A stretch of 64,000 bases of DNA from Polyangiaceae bacterium (GTDB taxonomy: Bacteria; Myxococcota_A; Polyangia; Polyangiales; Polyangiaceae): assembly GCA_050287085.1 (NCBI GenBank), contig JBNKBE010000002.1, positions 128,001 to 192,000 on the forward strand, given 5' to 3'. The first letter of the stretch is position 1. Every line of letters starts with the position of its first letter. Of this stretch, positions 21,437 through 31,468 are shown piece after piece. Below the pieces are notes generated by a model. It saw only the letters and a list, made by a program, of their open reading frames with translations, searched no databases and was not told the DNA's origin. A program made the translations under genes and the position numbers.

Positions 21437-24043
21437 GTGGCTGCCAAGTCGACGCCCGTCATGCGACAGCACGCCGAGGCGAAGGCGGCCTACCCGGATG
21501 CCATCATCTTCTTTCGCTTGGGCGACTTCTACGAGATGTTTGGCGAGGACGCGGTCACGTGCGCCGAGCTGCTCAATCTCACGCTGACCAGTCGAAACAA
21601 GGGCAAGCCTGACGAGATCCCGATGGCGGGAGTGCCGCACCACGCGGCCCATACCTACATCGGACGTCTGCTCCAGCTCGGTCGCCGGGTTGCGATCTGC
21701 GAACAGATGGCAGATCCGAAGACGGTCAAGGGGATCGTGCCGCGGGCTGTTGTGCGGGTGATCAGTCCGGGGCTGATCACTCATGAAGAGCATCTTGCCG
21801 CCGGAGAAAACAATTGGCTTGCTGCCATCAGCCTCGGCCCTCGGGTCGTTGGCGTTGCGCTGCTCGACATTTCCACCGGCGAATTCAAGGCGGCCCAGGC
21901 TGCGGATATCGCCGCACTCGCCGGAGAGCTGGTGCGAGCGGCCCCCAAGGAAGTGCTGATCGGGACGCATACGGTCCCCGCGGATGAACGCGCCCACGAG
22001 GTCGAGGCGTTGCTCAAGGCTGCGCTCCCAGGGGCAGCGCACGTTGTCGAGCCAGTGCCGACGGAGGGCGAGCTATCCCAACTCTTCGGTGAACTATGGC
22101 CGGAGGCTGAACGGCTCTCGACCGAGGAGCGTGCGGCGGCCGCGCTCGCGCTTCGATTCGCTCGCCGTTGTACTCCCGAAATCGAGCTTCCCCTGCGTCG
22201 CATTGGGCGTTGGGATCCGGCGGCTACTTTGGTGCTGGATGTGACAGCGCAACAGCATCTCGAGCTGGTGCGGTCCAATGCCGATGATCCTCAGGCGAGC
22301 TTGCTGGCGGTTGTGAACAGAACGCGTACAGCTGCAGGAGCTCGCTTGCTGCGATCTCGCTTGTTAGCGCCTCTCCTGGACGTGGCGGCCATTCGCCGGC
22401 GCCACGACGCTGTCGAGTTCTTTGTCAATGCCAGCACGTTGCGCGCGCAGGTGCGGGAGGCACTTTCGCGGGTTGGTGACATGGAGCGGATTGCTTCGCG
22501 CGTCGTCATGGGCGAAGCGTCGCCGCGCGAGCTCGGTCTCTTGCGCAATGGCCTGAGCGCCGGAGCCGACGTCTTCGCTTCTCTGGCTGGCGTCGAAAAC
22601 GCGACGGAGCGCGAGGCGCTGGGTGACCTGGACGTTGCACCGGAGCTGGTCAATCTACGCGTAGCTCTCGAGGCCGCTCTCGTCGAGCAACCCCCCGCCT
22701 TGGCCAAAGAAGGGGAGATATTTCAGCCCGGCTTTGATGCGGAGCTAGCGCGCTACCAGTCGCTGAAGCAGGACGGCGCGGCTTTGATCGTCGATCTGGA
22801 GAGGCGCCTCCGCGAGCAGACTGATATCAACAATCTTCGCGTCCGCTTCACCCGTGTCTTTGGCTGGTACGTGGAGGTTGCCCGTAGCCGGCAGAAGCAG
22901 GTTCCGAGTGCATGGCGCCGCAAACAAACGGTGGCTACGGGGGAGCGTTATACCCTGGATGAACTCGACGACCTGGCTGCGCAAGTGGCCGAGGCCGGAG
23001 AGCTGCACCGAGCCAGAGAGCTAGAGCTCTTGCGTGAACTCAACGGGCAGGTGCGCGAAAGCGCACAGGCGCTGCGCACCTTTTCGGCTCGCCTCGCGGA
23101 GGTCGATGTCGCCGCGGCACTCGCGGAAGTCGCCCATCGCTATGACTACGTGCGTCCTGAAGTGGACGATTCGGACGAGCTGAAACTCGAGGAGGCGCGT
23201 CACCCCGTAGTTGAGTGCTTGGCAGCAAGTGGCGCTTTCGTGCCCAACGATGTGCGTCTGACATCTTCGGGTGAACGGATCTGGCTGGTTACCGGCCCCA
23301 ATATGGCCGGCAAGAGCACGTTTCTTCGGCAGACTGCGCTGTGTGTCATCCTGGCTCAGATGGGGAGCTTCGTGCCGGCTCGTCGCGCGAAGATCGGGGT
23401 AGTCGACCGCGTCCTGTCTCGAGTCGGAGCGAGCGATAACCTCGCCCGAGGAGACAGCACCTTCATGGTTGAGATGAAAGAAACGGCGGATATTCTGCAT
23501 TTCGCGACGCCGCGGAGTCTGGTCATTCTCGACGAAATTGGGCGGGGTACCAGTACGTTCGACGGACTCTCGATTGCTTGGGCTGTGCTGGAGCATCTGG
23601 ATGTCGCCATTCGCTGTCGAGCCCTATTTGCTACTCACTACCATGAGCTAACGGCGCTTGCAGACGACTCCACCCACGTTGCCAATTGCAGCGTCGCAGC
23701 CCGAGAGCAGGGGGGAGCGATCGTATTTCTGCATCGCGTGATAGCGGGACCGGCGAGTCGCAGCTACGGCGTTGCCGTCGCCAAGCTGGCAGGTCTTCCA
23801 CAGAGCGTTCTGGCTCGAGCCGAGGCTGTGCTCAAGCAATTGGAGGGTGAACAGGGCTTGGGCAAGGCGCAGTCTCGAGCTCGCACACCTCGCGCCCAGC
23901 TGTCGCTCTTCGAGGCGTCGGTCGCTCGAGAGCCCAAAGCCGACGAGGTGCTGGATACGGTGCGTGGCGTTGACCTGGACCAGCTATCTCCGATGCAGGC
24001 GCACGGGCTGCTGGTGAAGCTGCAACGCTTGTTGAAACGCTAG
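21437..24043 (+). CDS. mutS: DNA mismatch repair protein MutS
   Basis: TPVMRQ..FFRLGDFYEMF, TGPNMAGKST, STFMVEM, DEIGRGTST, FATHYHEL. Confidence 0.98.
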   Translation: MAAKSTPVMRQHAEAKAAYPDAIIFFRLGDFYEMFGEDAVTCAELLNLTLTSRNKGKPDEIPMAGVPHHAAHTYIGRLLQLGRRVAICEQMADPKTVKGIVPRAVVRVISPGLITHEEHLAAGENNWLAAISLGPRVVGVALLDISTGEFKAAQAADIAALAGELVRAAPKEVLIGTHTVPADERAHEVEALLKAALPGAAHVVEPVPTEGELSQLFGELWPEAERLSTEERAAAALALRFARRCTPEIELPLRRIGRWDPAATLVLDVTAQQHLELVRSNADDPQASLLAVVNRTRTAAGARLLRSRLLAPLLDVAAIRRRHDAVEFFVNASTLRAQVREALSRVGDMERIASRVVMGEASPRELGLLRNGLSAGADVFASLAGVENATEREALGDLDVAPELVNLRVALEAALVEQPPALAKEGEIFQPGFDAELARYQSLKQDGAALIVDLERRLREQTDINNLRVRFTRVFGWYVEVARSRQKQVPSAWRRKQTVATGERYTLDELDDLAAQVAEAGELHRARELELLRELNGQVRESAQALRTFSARLAEVDVAAALAEVAHRYDYVRPEVDDSDELKLEEARHPVVECLAASGAFVPNDVRLTSSGERIWLVTGPNMAGKSTFLRQTALCVILAQMGSFVPARRAKIGVVDRVLSRVGASDNLARGDSTFMVEMKETADILHFATPRSLVILDEIGRGTSTFDGLSIAWAVLEHLDVAIRCRALFATHYHELTALADDSTHVANCSVAAREQGGAIVFLHRVIAGPASRSYGVAVAKLAGLPQSVLARAEAVLKQLEGEQGLGKAQSRARTPRAQLSLFEASVAREPKADEVLDTVRGVDLDQLSPMQAHGLLVKLQRLLKR

Positions 24044-26586
24044 GATTGCCGAGGCCGACCCCGCGGCGGAGCAGGCGGCGCGTTGCGGCCGTCTTCGGGC
24101 CAGTAGTGCTTGGCGTAGCGCCGCCTCAGCTCACCACGAACTTCGGGATAGTGTCGCTCCCAGAAGCCGGCCAGATCTTGCGTCACCTGTGCGGCGCGGC
24201 CGTTAGGAGCCAGCAGATGGAGCGTCAGTGGGATCCGGCGGGGGCCTAACGTGGGGCCTGTTGCCAGGCCGAAGAAGTCTTGGATACGGGAAGCGACCCA
24301 TGGCGCCTTGTCCATTTCGTAGTGGACCGAGAGACGGCGTGCATTCGGCAGCTGAATGAATAGCGGGGCAACTTCGTCGAGCTGGGCGCGTTGTTCATAG
24401 CTCAGCGCCGAGACCGCGAGCTGTTCCCAATTGAGAGCCGACAGCTCATCCAACGAACTGCAGTCGTCGCAGCCGAGCTCTAGCAATGCTGGTAGGTCTG
24501 TGGGCACTGCCAACGCCGCCTGGGTCTGTGTCGCAAAGAACTGCAAGCGGGCCAGCACCGCATGAGTTCCGCCCGTGCGTCCGAAGAGAGCCGCCTGCCG
24601 GCTTCTTGCGGCTTCCAGCAGGAGCGCTGTACGGGCCGGACCCGGCGGCGCGACGCCACGCACTTCTTCCAATACGATCGAGCCGAAAGCGAGTTGCTCG
24701 ATGTGGTCAACTCGTCCCTTTTCCCTGTTGAATTCGAGCCTGTCGCGGGCCTCGATGCCCCCTTGCGCTGATTCAAGCAGCCAATCGGCTTCAATGGCGC
24801 TTAGAGAGGTAAGCCACAGTTGTCCGGAGTTGGATTGTTGATGGCTTTCGAGTGCGATTGCAAGAGACGCGTCGAAGACGACGCTGCCGTCGTCTTGTCT
24901 TCCACCGATGCCGTCACAAAGGGTGAAGTCACGCCGCTGTGTCTTGCGGCGTTGAGCTACGCGGTCGCGATAGGCGACCAGAAGCGCCTTTCGCAGGGCG
25001 ACTTCGTCAGAGTCGTCGTCGTCCGCCCAGGCGATGGGGGTGGGCAGCGTCGTCGGAGGTAAGCTCGTCAACTGGCGGTCGAGTTGCTGCACGAGCTTCA
25101 GTACGTCCCGCGTGGCTCGCCCGTCGAGTCCGATATGGCGCCAGGCACTCGGATGGCTGGCAGCCTCGGCTTCGAGAAGTGCGTCAAGCCGTACCTGAAG
25201 ATCGGAGTCGCCGCGCTCGGCGGCTGAACCCTGTGGCAGCAGAATGTCCCGCTCAGCGAGCAATGCGGCCGCCCTTGCTCCAAGCGCTGGTCGTCCTTGA
25301 GTCGCCAGTTGAAGGGCGACGCGAGCGGGTCTTGGGGGAATGGGCAAAGCTTGCATCCGGCGCCCCAGCGGTGTGATGCGTCCCTCTTCTAAGGCACCCA
25401 AGGCGGCGAGCAAGGTCTCGGCTCGCTGCAAAGCGGCTGCTGGGGGCGGCGTGAGCCAGCGCAGTTCTGCCGCGCTACGTCCGGCGGAGGCCACGTCCAG
25501 CAGGAAGGCAGTCAGGTCCAGTCGACATACTTCTGGCGCGTCGGCTTCTTGTCGCCTGCGGTAGTCTGCTTCCGAGTAGAGCCGCACAACGTGTCCGGGG
25601 CCGAGTCTTCCCGCTCTACCCGCGCGCTGATCCGCCGAGTGACGGGATATCGGTACGAGTTCGAGGCGACGTTGCCCGCCCCACGGCGAATCGAAAGCGC
25701 GGTGCTCAAGGCCTGAATCGACCACCGACGACACGCCTGCCACCGTGACCGACGATTCTGCGAGATTGGTGGCGAGAACGACCTTTCGCTCAGTGCTGGG
25801 CGCCAATGCACGCCGTTGCTCTTCGAGAGTGAGCTGGCCGTGCAGTGGCACTAACTCGACGTTGCCCACCGTTCCACCGAGTGCGTTCCGCGTGTTCGTG
25901 ATGGCTCTCGTTCCCGGTAGAAAGACCAGCACATTGCCAGTGGGACGGGTTTGAAGCTCGGTTCGTACCGCGGCGGCGACGCTGCGTTCGAGGGGTCGAT
26001 CGGCAAGTGAGTCGTCGTAGCGAATCGTCAGCGGGTGTGCTCGGCCGCGGCTTCGGACCACCGGGCAGTTGTCCAGGAAGGCGCTGACTTCTTTCTCGTC
26101 GAGCGTTGCGCTCATGATCACCAGGCGCATCTCGCCAGTGGCAATCCGTTCTCGGAGAAGCGCTAGCAGCAGATCCGTTTCAAGATGTCGCTCGTGGAAT
26201 TCGTCGAGTATCACGGCTTTTACATCGACGAATGAACGAGGTTGAAGCAGTTCTCGTAGGAGTACGCCTTCGGTCTGAAAAAGGAGGCTGGTGCGTGAGC
26301 TGGCTTTGCGTTCGAAACGGACGCTGTAGCCGACCCGTTCGCCCAGGGGCACCGCTAGTTCCTCGCTGACGCGAGCTGCCGCGAGGCGCGCAGCGACCCT
26401 TCGTGGTTCCGAGATCAGAACGCGCCGACGAGGCGGCGTCGCATCTAGGAACTGCTCCAATGCGACCGGGACCCGCGTTGTCTTGCCCGCACCGGGCTCG
26501 GCTACGAGCACAACGGCCGGGTGCTCGGCAAGGGCCGCGAGCAGCTCTGGTATAACGCTGTCGATCGGCAGTGCAACGCCCGTCAC
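24040..26586 (-). CDS. hrpB: ATP-dependent RNA helicase HrpB
   Basis: AEPGAGKTT, DEFHER, MSAT, QRAGRAGR; HrpB C-terminus LHLLAPNGR..QVTQDLAGFW..YAKHYWPED. Confidence 0.95.
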   Translation of the reverse strand: MTGVALPIDSVIPELLAALAEHPAVVLVAEPGAGKTTRVPVALEQFLDATPPRRRVLISEPRRVAARLAAARVSEELAVPLGERVGYSVRFERKASSRTSLLFQTEGVLLRELLQPRSFVDVKAVILDEFHERHLETDLLLALLRERIATGEMRLVIMSATLDEKEVSAFLDNCPVVRSRGRAHPLTIRYDDSLADRPLERSVAAAVRTELQTRPTGNVLVFLPGTRAITNTRNALGGTVGNVELVPLHGQLTLEEQRRALAPSTERKVVLATNLAESSVTVAGVSSVVDSGLEHRAFDSPWGGQRRLELVPISRHSADQRAGRAGRLGPGHVVRLYSEADYRRRQEADAPEVCRLDLTAFLLDVASAGRSAAELRWLTPPPAAALQRAETLLAALGALEEGRITPLGRRMQALPIPPRPARVALQLATQGRPALGARAAALLAERDILLPQGSAAERGDSDLQVRLDALLEAEAASHPSAWRHIGLDGRATRDVLKLVQQLDRQLTSLPPTTLPTPIAWADDDDSDEVALRKALLVAYRDRVAQRRKTQRRDFTLCDGIGGRQDDGSVVFDASLAIALESHQQSNSGQLWLTSLSAIEADWLLESAQGGIEARDRLEFNREKGRVDHIEQLAFGSIVLEEVRGVAPPGPARTALLLEAARSRQAALFGRTGGTHAVLARLQFFATQTQAALAVPTDLPALLELGCDDCSSLDELSALNWEQLAVSALSYEQRAQLDEVAPLFIQLPNARRLSVHYEMDKAPWVASRIQDFFGLATGPTLGPRRIPLTLHLLAPNGRAAQVTQDLAGFWERHYPEVRGELRRRYAKHYWPEDGRNAPPAPPRGRPRQS

Positions 26587-26693
26587 GCAGTGCTTGTGCA
26601 CGACCTGGGGGGTCGGGTCAAGACGTCGAGGGTCGCGCCGAATGAGCCGTGATTTTGGTTGACGTTGTAGCTCTCAGGTCGGACCCTCGCGAC

Positions 26694-28442
26694 GTGAAAG
26701 ATATTCGAGCGTTGGTCGAAGCCCGGCTGGCAGAGGCCGCGCAACGGGCGCTGGGCCTCGACAGTGAGGTCGATCCACTGGTTCGGGCCGCAAAAGATCC
26801 ACGCCACGGCGACTATCAAGCGAATCTGGCCATGCCGCTGGCAAAGAAGCTGGGGACGAGTCCCCGTGCGCTGGCAGAACGAGTCGCTGACGAGCTGCGG
26901 GCGGACCCTCACCTTGCCGTCAGTCTCGGGGCTGTCAGCGTAGCGGGGCCCGGGTTTCTCAATGTCCGCGTTTCACCAGAGGCCATTTCCGCTTGTGCTG
27001 TGAGCATGCTCGGTGACGAGAAGCTCGGGGTGGATACTTCCGTCTCTCATACCGTAGTCCTCGACTACTCTTCTCCCAATCTGGCCAAGGAAATGCATGT
27101 TGGCCATTTGCGGTCAACCGTGATCGGTGACGCGCTGTTCCGCGTGCTTTCCTTCCGCGGCGATCGCGTGATTCGTCAGAATCACGTCGGGGATTGGGGG
27201 ACCCAGTTTGGGATGCTGCTGGAGCACCTGCTGGATACCGGATGGACTCCGGAGAACTCAACAATTCGCGACCTGAATGCTCTCTATCAGGAGGCAAAGG
27301 CCCGCTTCGATGCAGAGCCCGATTTCAAGGAGCGCGCGCGTGAGAGGGTCGTTAGCCTGCAGCAGGGCGAAGAGGAATCGCGCAAATTGTGGCGGCAGTT
27401 GATCGGCGAGTCTGTCCGTCACATGAACGAGGTGTACCGGCGTCTCGCCGTTTCTCTGGTCGACGCCGACTTGTGCCCGGAGAGCTTCTACAACGACCGC
27501 CTGCCAACGGTCGTTTCAGGCCTGCGGGAGTTGGGGTTGCTGTGCACCGACGACGATGCCCAGGTGGTATTTCCCGACGGGTATCACAACAAGGACGGGG
27601 AGCCCCTTCCGCTGATCGTTCAGAAGCGGGACGGGGGGTTCGGGTACGCGGCCACCGACTTGGCAGCGGGTCGCTACCGGGTCGAGACGCTCAAGGCGGA
27701 TCGCGTGATTTATGTCGTGGACGCACGGCAGGCGGATCATTTCGGTATGGTCTTCTGGACGCTGCGCGCAGCCCAGTGGGCGCCCGCCGAGTGCGAACTC
27801 GCCCACGTGGCGTTTGGGACCATCCTGGGAGCTGACAAGAAGCCGTTCAAGACTCGAGCCGGAGGCACAGTGCGTTTGGTCGAGTTGCTCGACGAGGCGG
27901 AGCGCCGCGCTCTTGCGGCGGTCACCGAAAAGAATCCGGAGCTGCCGGAGGCAGAGCGTCGGAGCATCGCGCGCGCAATTGGCATGGGGGCTGTTAAGTA
28001 CGCAGACCTGTCTAGCGAACGCATCAAGGACTACGTATTCGACTACGATCGGATGCTCGCACTAGAAGGCAATACGGCTCCCTATCTTCAATACGCGATC
28101 GCGCGTATTCGTTCGATCTTCAGAGAGGGGGGGCTAGCGGAACAGGACATAGACCCATCGGCGCTCAGGGTGGAACACGATGCTGAGCGTGCTTTGGTGC
28201 TCGAACTGCTCAAGTGGCCCCGTGTTGTGGCCTCGGTTGCGGACTCCCTCGAGCCTCATCGATTGACCAATCACCTGTACGACGTCGCGGCTGCCTACCA
28301 CCACTTTCACAATCGCTGTCGAGTGCTCAAGGCGGAAAGTGCCCAGCAGCGCAGTAGCCGACTTGCGATCTGCCGCTTGGCGGTTCTCGTGTTGGGACAA
28401 GGACTTGCCCTGCTCGGAATCGAGACGCCAGAGCGGATGTAG
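26694..28442 (+). CDS. argS: Arginine--tRNA ligase
   Basis: GDYQAN, DYSSPNLAKEMHVGHLRST, FKTRAG, EGNTAPYLQYA, C-terminal PERM. Confidence 0.98.
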   Translation: MKDIRALVEARLAEAAQRALGLDSEVDPLVRAAKDPRHGDYQANLAMPLAKKLGTSPRALAERVADELRADPHLAVSLGAVSVAGPGFLNVRVSPEAISACAVSMLGDEKLGVDTSVSHTVVLDYSSPNLAKEMHVGHLRSTVIGDALFRVLSFRGDRVIRQNHVGDWGTQFGMLLEHLLDTGWTPENSTIRDLNALYQEAKARFDAEPDFKERARERVVSLQQGEEESRKLWRQLIGESVRHMNEVYRRLAVSLVDADLCPESFYNDRLPTVVSGLRELGLLCTDDDAQVVFPDGYHNKDGEPLPLIVQKRDGGFGYAATDLAAGRYRVETLKADRVIYVVDARQADHFGMVFWTLRAAQWAPAECELAHVAFGTILGADKKPFKTRAGGTVRLVELLDEAERRALAAVTEKNPELPEAERRSIARAIGMGAVKYADLSSERIKDYVFDYDRMLALEGNTAPYLQYAIARIRSIFREGGLAEQDIDPSALRVEHDAERALVLELLKWPRVVASVADSLEPHRLTNHLYDVAAAYHHFHNRCRVLKAESAQQRSSRLAICRLAVLVLGQGLALLGIETPERM

Positions 28443-28458
28443 GGACGGAGGCTCAGAG

Positions 28459-29142
28459 ATGGGTCAGCTGGTGCTTTTCGACCTCGACCGCACACTCATC
28501 GTAAAGGACACAGCCGGGCTCTATGTCCGCTATGAATGGGACGAAGGGCTGGTCCCGCTGTCACGGGTGGCGCGCGTCGCCTGGTGGCGTCTTCGCTATA
28601 CGTTCGGGTGGATCTCGGCGACACAGGTCGCGGAGCGCGTCTTGCTATGGAACAACGGGCGGGTGGGCGACGAGTTGATGGAACACGGTCGCCAATTTTT
28701 TGATAAAATTGGGAAGGCGTTGGTTTCGAAGCGCGCTGTTGAGCGCGTTCGGGAGAGTCAAGGGAGGGGGGATACGGTGGTGATAGCGACCGCCTCGACG
28801 CGCTTCATCGCTCAGCCGTTTGCTGACTTCCTGGGTGTTGAGCACCTATTGTGTTCGGAGGTGGAGATCGCCAACGGGCGTCTTACGGGCCACGTCGTCG
28901 GACCCCTGTGCTACGGAAGCGGCAAGCTCGCCCGCATCACAGAGTTTGCGGCGACTCGAGGGTTGTCGCTTTCTGACGCTACGTTTTTCACCGACAGTAT
29001 CACCGACCTGCCCACGCTGGAGGCGGTCGGTCATCCGATTGCCGTTAACCCAGATCCGCGACTTCACGCGTTGGCATTGCAGCGAGGCTGGCCGGTTGAG
29101 CGCTTTGGGCTCGGAGAGCACGCCTCAGCGAGCAGCCGCTAG
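28459..29142 (+). CDS. HAD-IB family (SerB-like) hydrolase
   Basis: FDLDRTL, ATAS, FTDSITDLPTLEAVG..AVNPD. Confidence 0.9.
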   Translation: MGQLVLFDLDRTLIVKDTAGLYVRYEWDEGLVPLSRVARVAWWRLRYTFGWISATQVAERVLLWNNGRVGDELMEHGRQFFDKIGKALVSKRAVERVRESQGRGDTVVIATASTRFIAQPFADFLGVEHLLCSEVEIANGRLTGHVVGPLCYGSGKLARITEFAATRGLSLSDATFFTDSITDLPTLEAVGHPIAVNPDPRLHALALQRGWPVERFGLGEHASASSR

Positions 29143-29325
29143 GGCTCGCGGACGGGAAAGTCAGTCGCGAGCCGGTCGAGCCCGCCCCCCACAGCAAGAG
29201 GATCGGCCGGCGCAGTAGGACTTTTCCATCCGCTGGCCCTAAGCGCGACGCTGTGTGCTTTTTTCCGCACCTGACTCGAGTGTGGGTCGAGTCCTGGTCG
29301 TCCCCGACTCAACCGGAGAGAAGCC

Positions 29326-30162
29326 ATGACAAGACTCATCAATGCTGTTTCTACAATTGCCATTACCCCCGCCTTCGCCGCCTTCGCCGCCTTCGCCGCA
29401 GCGCAAGAAGTCCCTGCGTCGCCGGCTCCAGCACAGCCAGCCTCGGCCTCGCTGGCTCCCCCACAGCCCGAAGCAGCCTCCTCCCAGCCGCTACCCGCGG
29501 AGCTGGCTCCGATGGCCGAGCCGACCCCCAGGGTAGCGCAGCAGCCGGCTCAGCCCCTGGCCGCGCCGCCAGTCGCGCAATCGGCCACGCCCGCACCCGA
29601 AGTCGACACGCCGCTCGCCAGTGCATCGCAGGCAGACCACTCCGGCTTCTTCTTTAATGTGCACTTGGGCGGCGGCTACACGCGCCTCAAGAGCAACTTC
29701 ATGAGCGACCGCATGATTGTGGAGGGCACCGGTACCGCCTTCGGTTTGGTTTTCGGCGGGGTGATCGCGCCGAACCTGGTGTTGCACGGTGAAGTGACTG
29801 CAACTGGAGCCAACAACCCAGAGATCACCTACAACGGCGCGACCGTCGCTACCGAGAACGTGTCGGCGGTCGTCGTCGGATTCGGCCCTGGTATCACGTA
29901 CTACTTCATGCCGAGCAACGTGTATATCGGCGCGTCCCTGCTCGCGACTACCGCGTCGATCGAAGAAGACGGGGAAACACTTGGCGAAACGGACACCGGA
30001 CTCGGTGCGATCTTGCGAGTCGGCAAGGAGATCGCCATCGGCAAGGACACCGGCATCAACATCGGCGCGCAGTACCAGGGCGCGCGCCTGAGCGAGAAGG
30101 ACGCCAACAGCCAGTGGACCGCGCACGGCTTCAACGTCACCGTGGGCTTCACCTACAACTGA
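29326..30162 (+). CDS. Outer-membrane beta-barrel protein with Pro/Ala-rich N-terminal linker
   Basis: RBS GGAGAG; signal peptide; alternating amphipathic strands; terminal VTVGFTYN. Confidence 0.8.
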   Translation: MTRLINAVSTIAITPAFAAFAAFAAAQEVPASPAPAQPASASLAPPQPEAASSQPLPAELAPMAEPTPRVAQQPAQPLAAPPVAQSATPAPEVDTPLASASQADHSGFFFNVHLGGGYTRLKSNFMSDRMIVEGTGTAFGLVFGGVIAPNLVLHGEVTATGANNPEITYNGATVATENVSAVVVGFGPGITYYFMPSNVYIGASLLATTASIEEDGETLGETDTGLGAILRVGKEIAIGKDTGINIGAQYQGARLSEKDANSQWTAHGFNVTVGFTYN

Positions 30163-30205
30163 CGCGGCGAATGCGGAGCACGCGTTGGGCAGCCTCGGCG
30201 GAGCG

Positions 30206-30533
30206 ATGAGGTTTGTGGTGAGAAAGCGCGAGGACTATCAAACGTTGTCGCCTGAGGTCGAACAACTGAGTAACGTGTTGCGCCGTCATCGCGGTGGCAA
30301 GCTGGCAAGCGATTTCTACCGAGCGATCCGGCAGCAGTGGCGACGAGCCGCCAAGGGAACACGCGCGCTTGCGCGACATCCAGGACCGGATCGACCGGGT
30401 GCTCGCCCAACGCGAGGAAGAGCAAGCTATAGAAACGAAGCCGCCCAGGCGCGAGACAACCCTTTCGGCAACCGAGGTGTCCAGGGACGTTCAGCTGGGT
30501 ATGTCGCGTTTTCGGACCCCGAAGAAAGACTAG
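30206..30533 (+). pseudogene. Small hypothetical gene (~108 aa) interrupted by a +1 frameshift near 30355
   Basis: GC3-rich codons in the 30206 frame up to AAG(30353); bias switches to the +1 frame from GAA(30357); RBS-like GGCGGAG upstream. Confidence 0.55.
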
Positions 30534-30627
30534 CCGCCGCAGTCGTGAAGCCTCGCTGCGAGGTCGGCCCTCTCCTGCTATGGCTCATCGCAGACGCCCG
30601 GTAGCATGACTTTGCCGTTCACGGGCC

Positions 30628-31350
30628 TCAGCCACGAATGCGGATAGCCCAGGTCAGTTTGGCGACGCTCTTGAGCACGTTGGGCACCCGCTTGAGCAGA
30701 TTGATGGAGGGGGGCCGCTTCTCCATGACCCGGATTGGAATCTCCTTAACCACCAGATCGGCGCGGTACGCGCGGATGACCAACTCGCTGGCAAAAACAT
30801 CCTTGTTGACTAGGCACGCTTGAACGATCGGCAGTACCGAGGAACGGCGGAATGCTTTCAGGCCGTGGGTGTCGGTCCCCCGAAATCCCAGCAGTACACG
30901 CAGCAACGTCGTGTAGGCGTGGCTGGCGGCATGGCGCAGAAGAGGTCGTTCGTCTCGTGCACCGGCGATCAGTTTTGAGCCGATCACGAGGTCAGCGCTG
31001 CCGGACTCGAGCGTGGCCAACGCGGCGCGGTGGAAGTCGGTGTCACATAGGTCGATTTCGTCGCATAGGATGAACTCGGCACGTGTGCTCAGGATCCCTT
31101 CTCGCAGGGCCTTGCCGTAGTCCGGAGCGCCTGCGGAGAGCATCCTGACCTCCGGGTACTTCTCGCTCAAGGCCTGCGCCATCGCCACCGTGCCATCGGT
31201 GGAGCCATTCTCGGCGAGCACGATTTCGTAGCTCCACCCGAAGGGGAGAAGTCGTTCACGAAGGTCGACGACCGCCGAGTGCAGAATTCCCTCCTCGTTG
31301 TATACGGGGATCACGATCGCAATCTTCGGTGGCGAGGTTTCGTCGTGCAT
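30628..31350 (-). CDS. Glycosyltransferase family 2 (dolichyl-phosphate sugar synthase-like)
   Basis: IVIPVYNE, ENGSTDGT, DLVIGS, DTHGLKAF. Confidence 0.9.
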   Translation of the reverse strand: MHDETSPPKIAIVIPVYNEEGILHSAVVDLRERLLPFGWSYEIVLAENGSTDGTVAMAQALSEKYPEVRMLSAGAPDYGKALREGILSTRAEFILCDEIDLCDTDFHRAALATLESGSADLVIGSKLIAGARDERPLLRHAASHAYTTLLRVLLGFRGTDTHGLKAFRRSSVLPIVQACLVNKDVFASELVIRAYRADLVVKEIPIRVMEKRPPSINLLKRVPNVLKSVAKLTWAIRIRG

Positions 31351-31468
31351 CTTTGGGCGTCATGTTCGAATCTCTGGCGTTTGTCAAAGATCGACAGACA
31401 TTCAAGATCGACGCAGCCCCAAATCAGCAGGTTGACGGGGCTGTCGCCTGCGTTGCGGGTTTGGGAGC

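Noticed and set aside
24040..24043. mutS and hrpB share overlapping stop codons in CTAG
   Set aside because: Common convergent-gene overlap; no sign of function.
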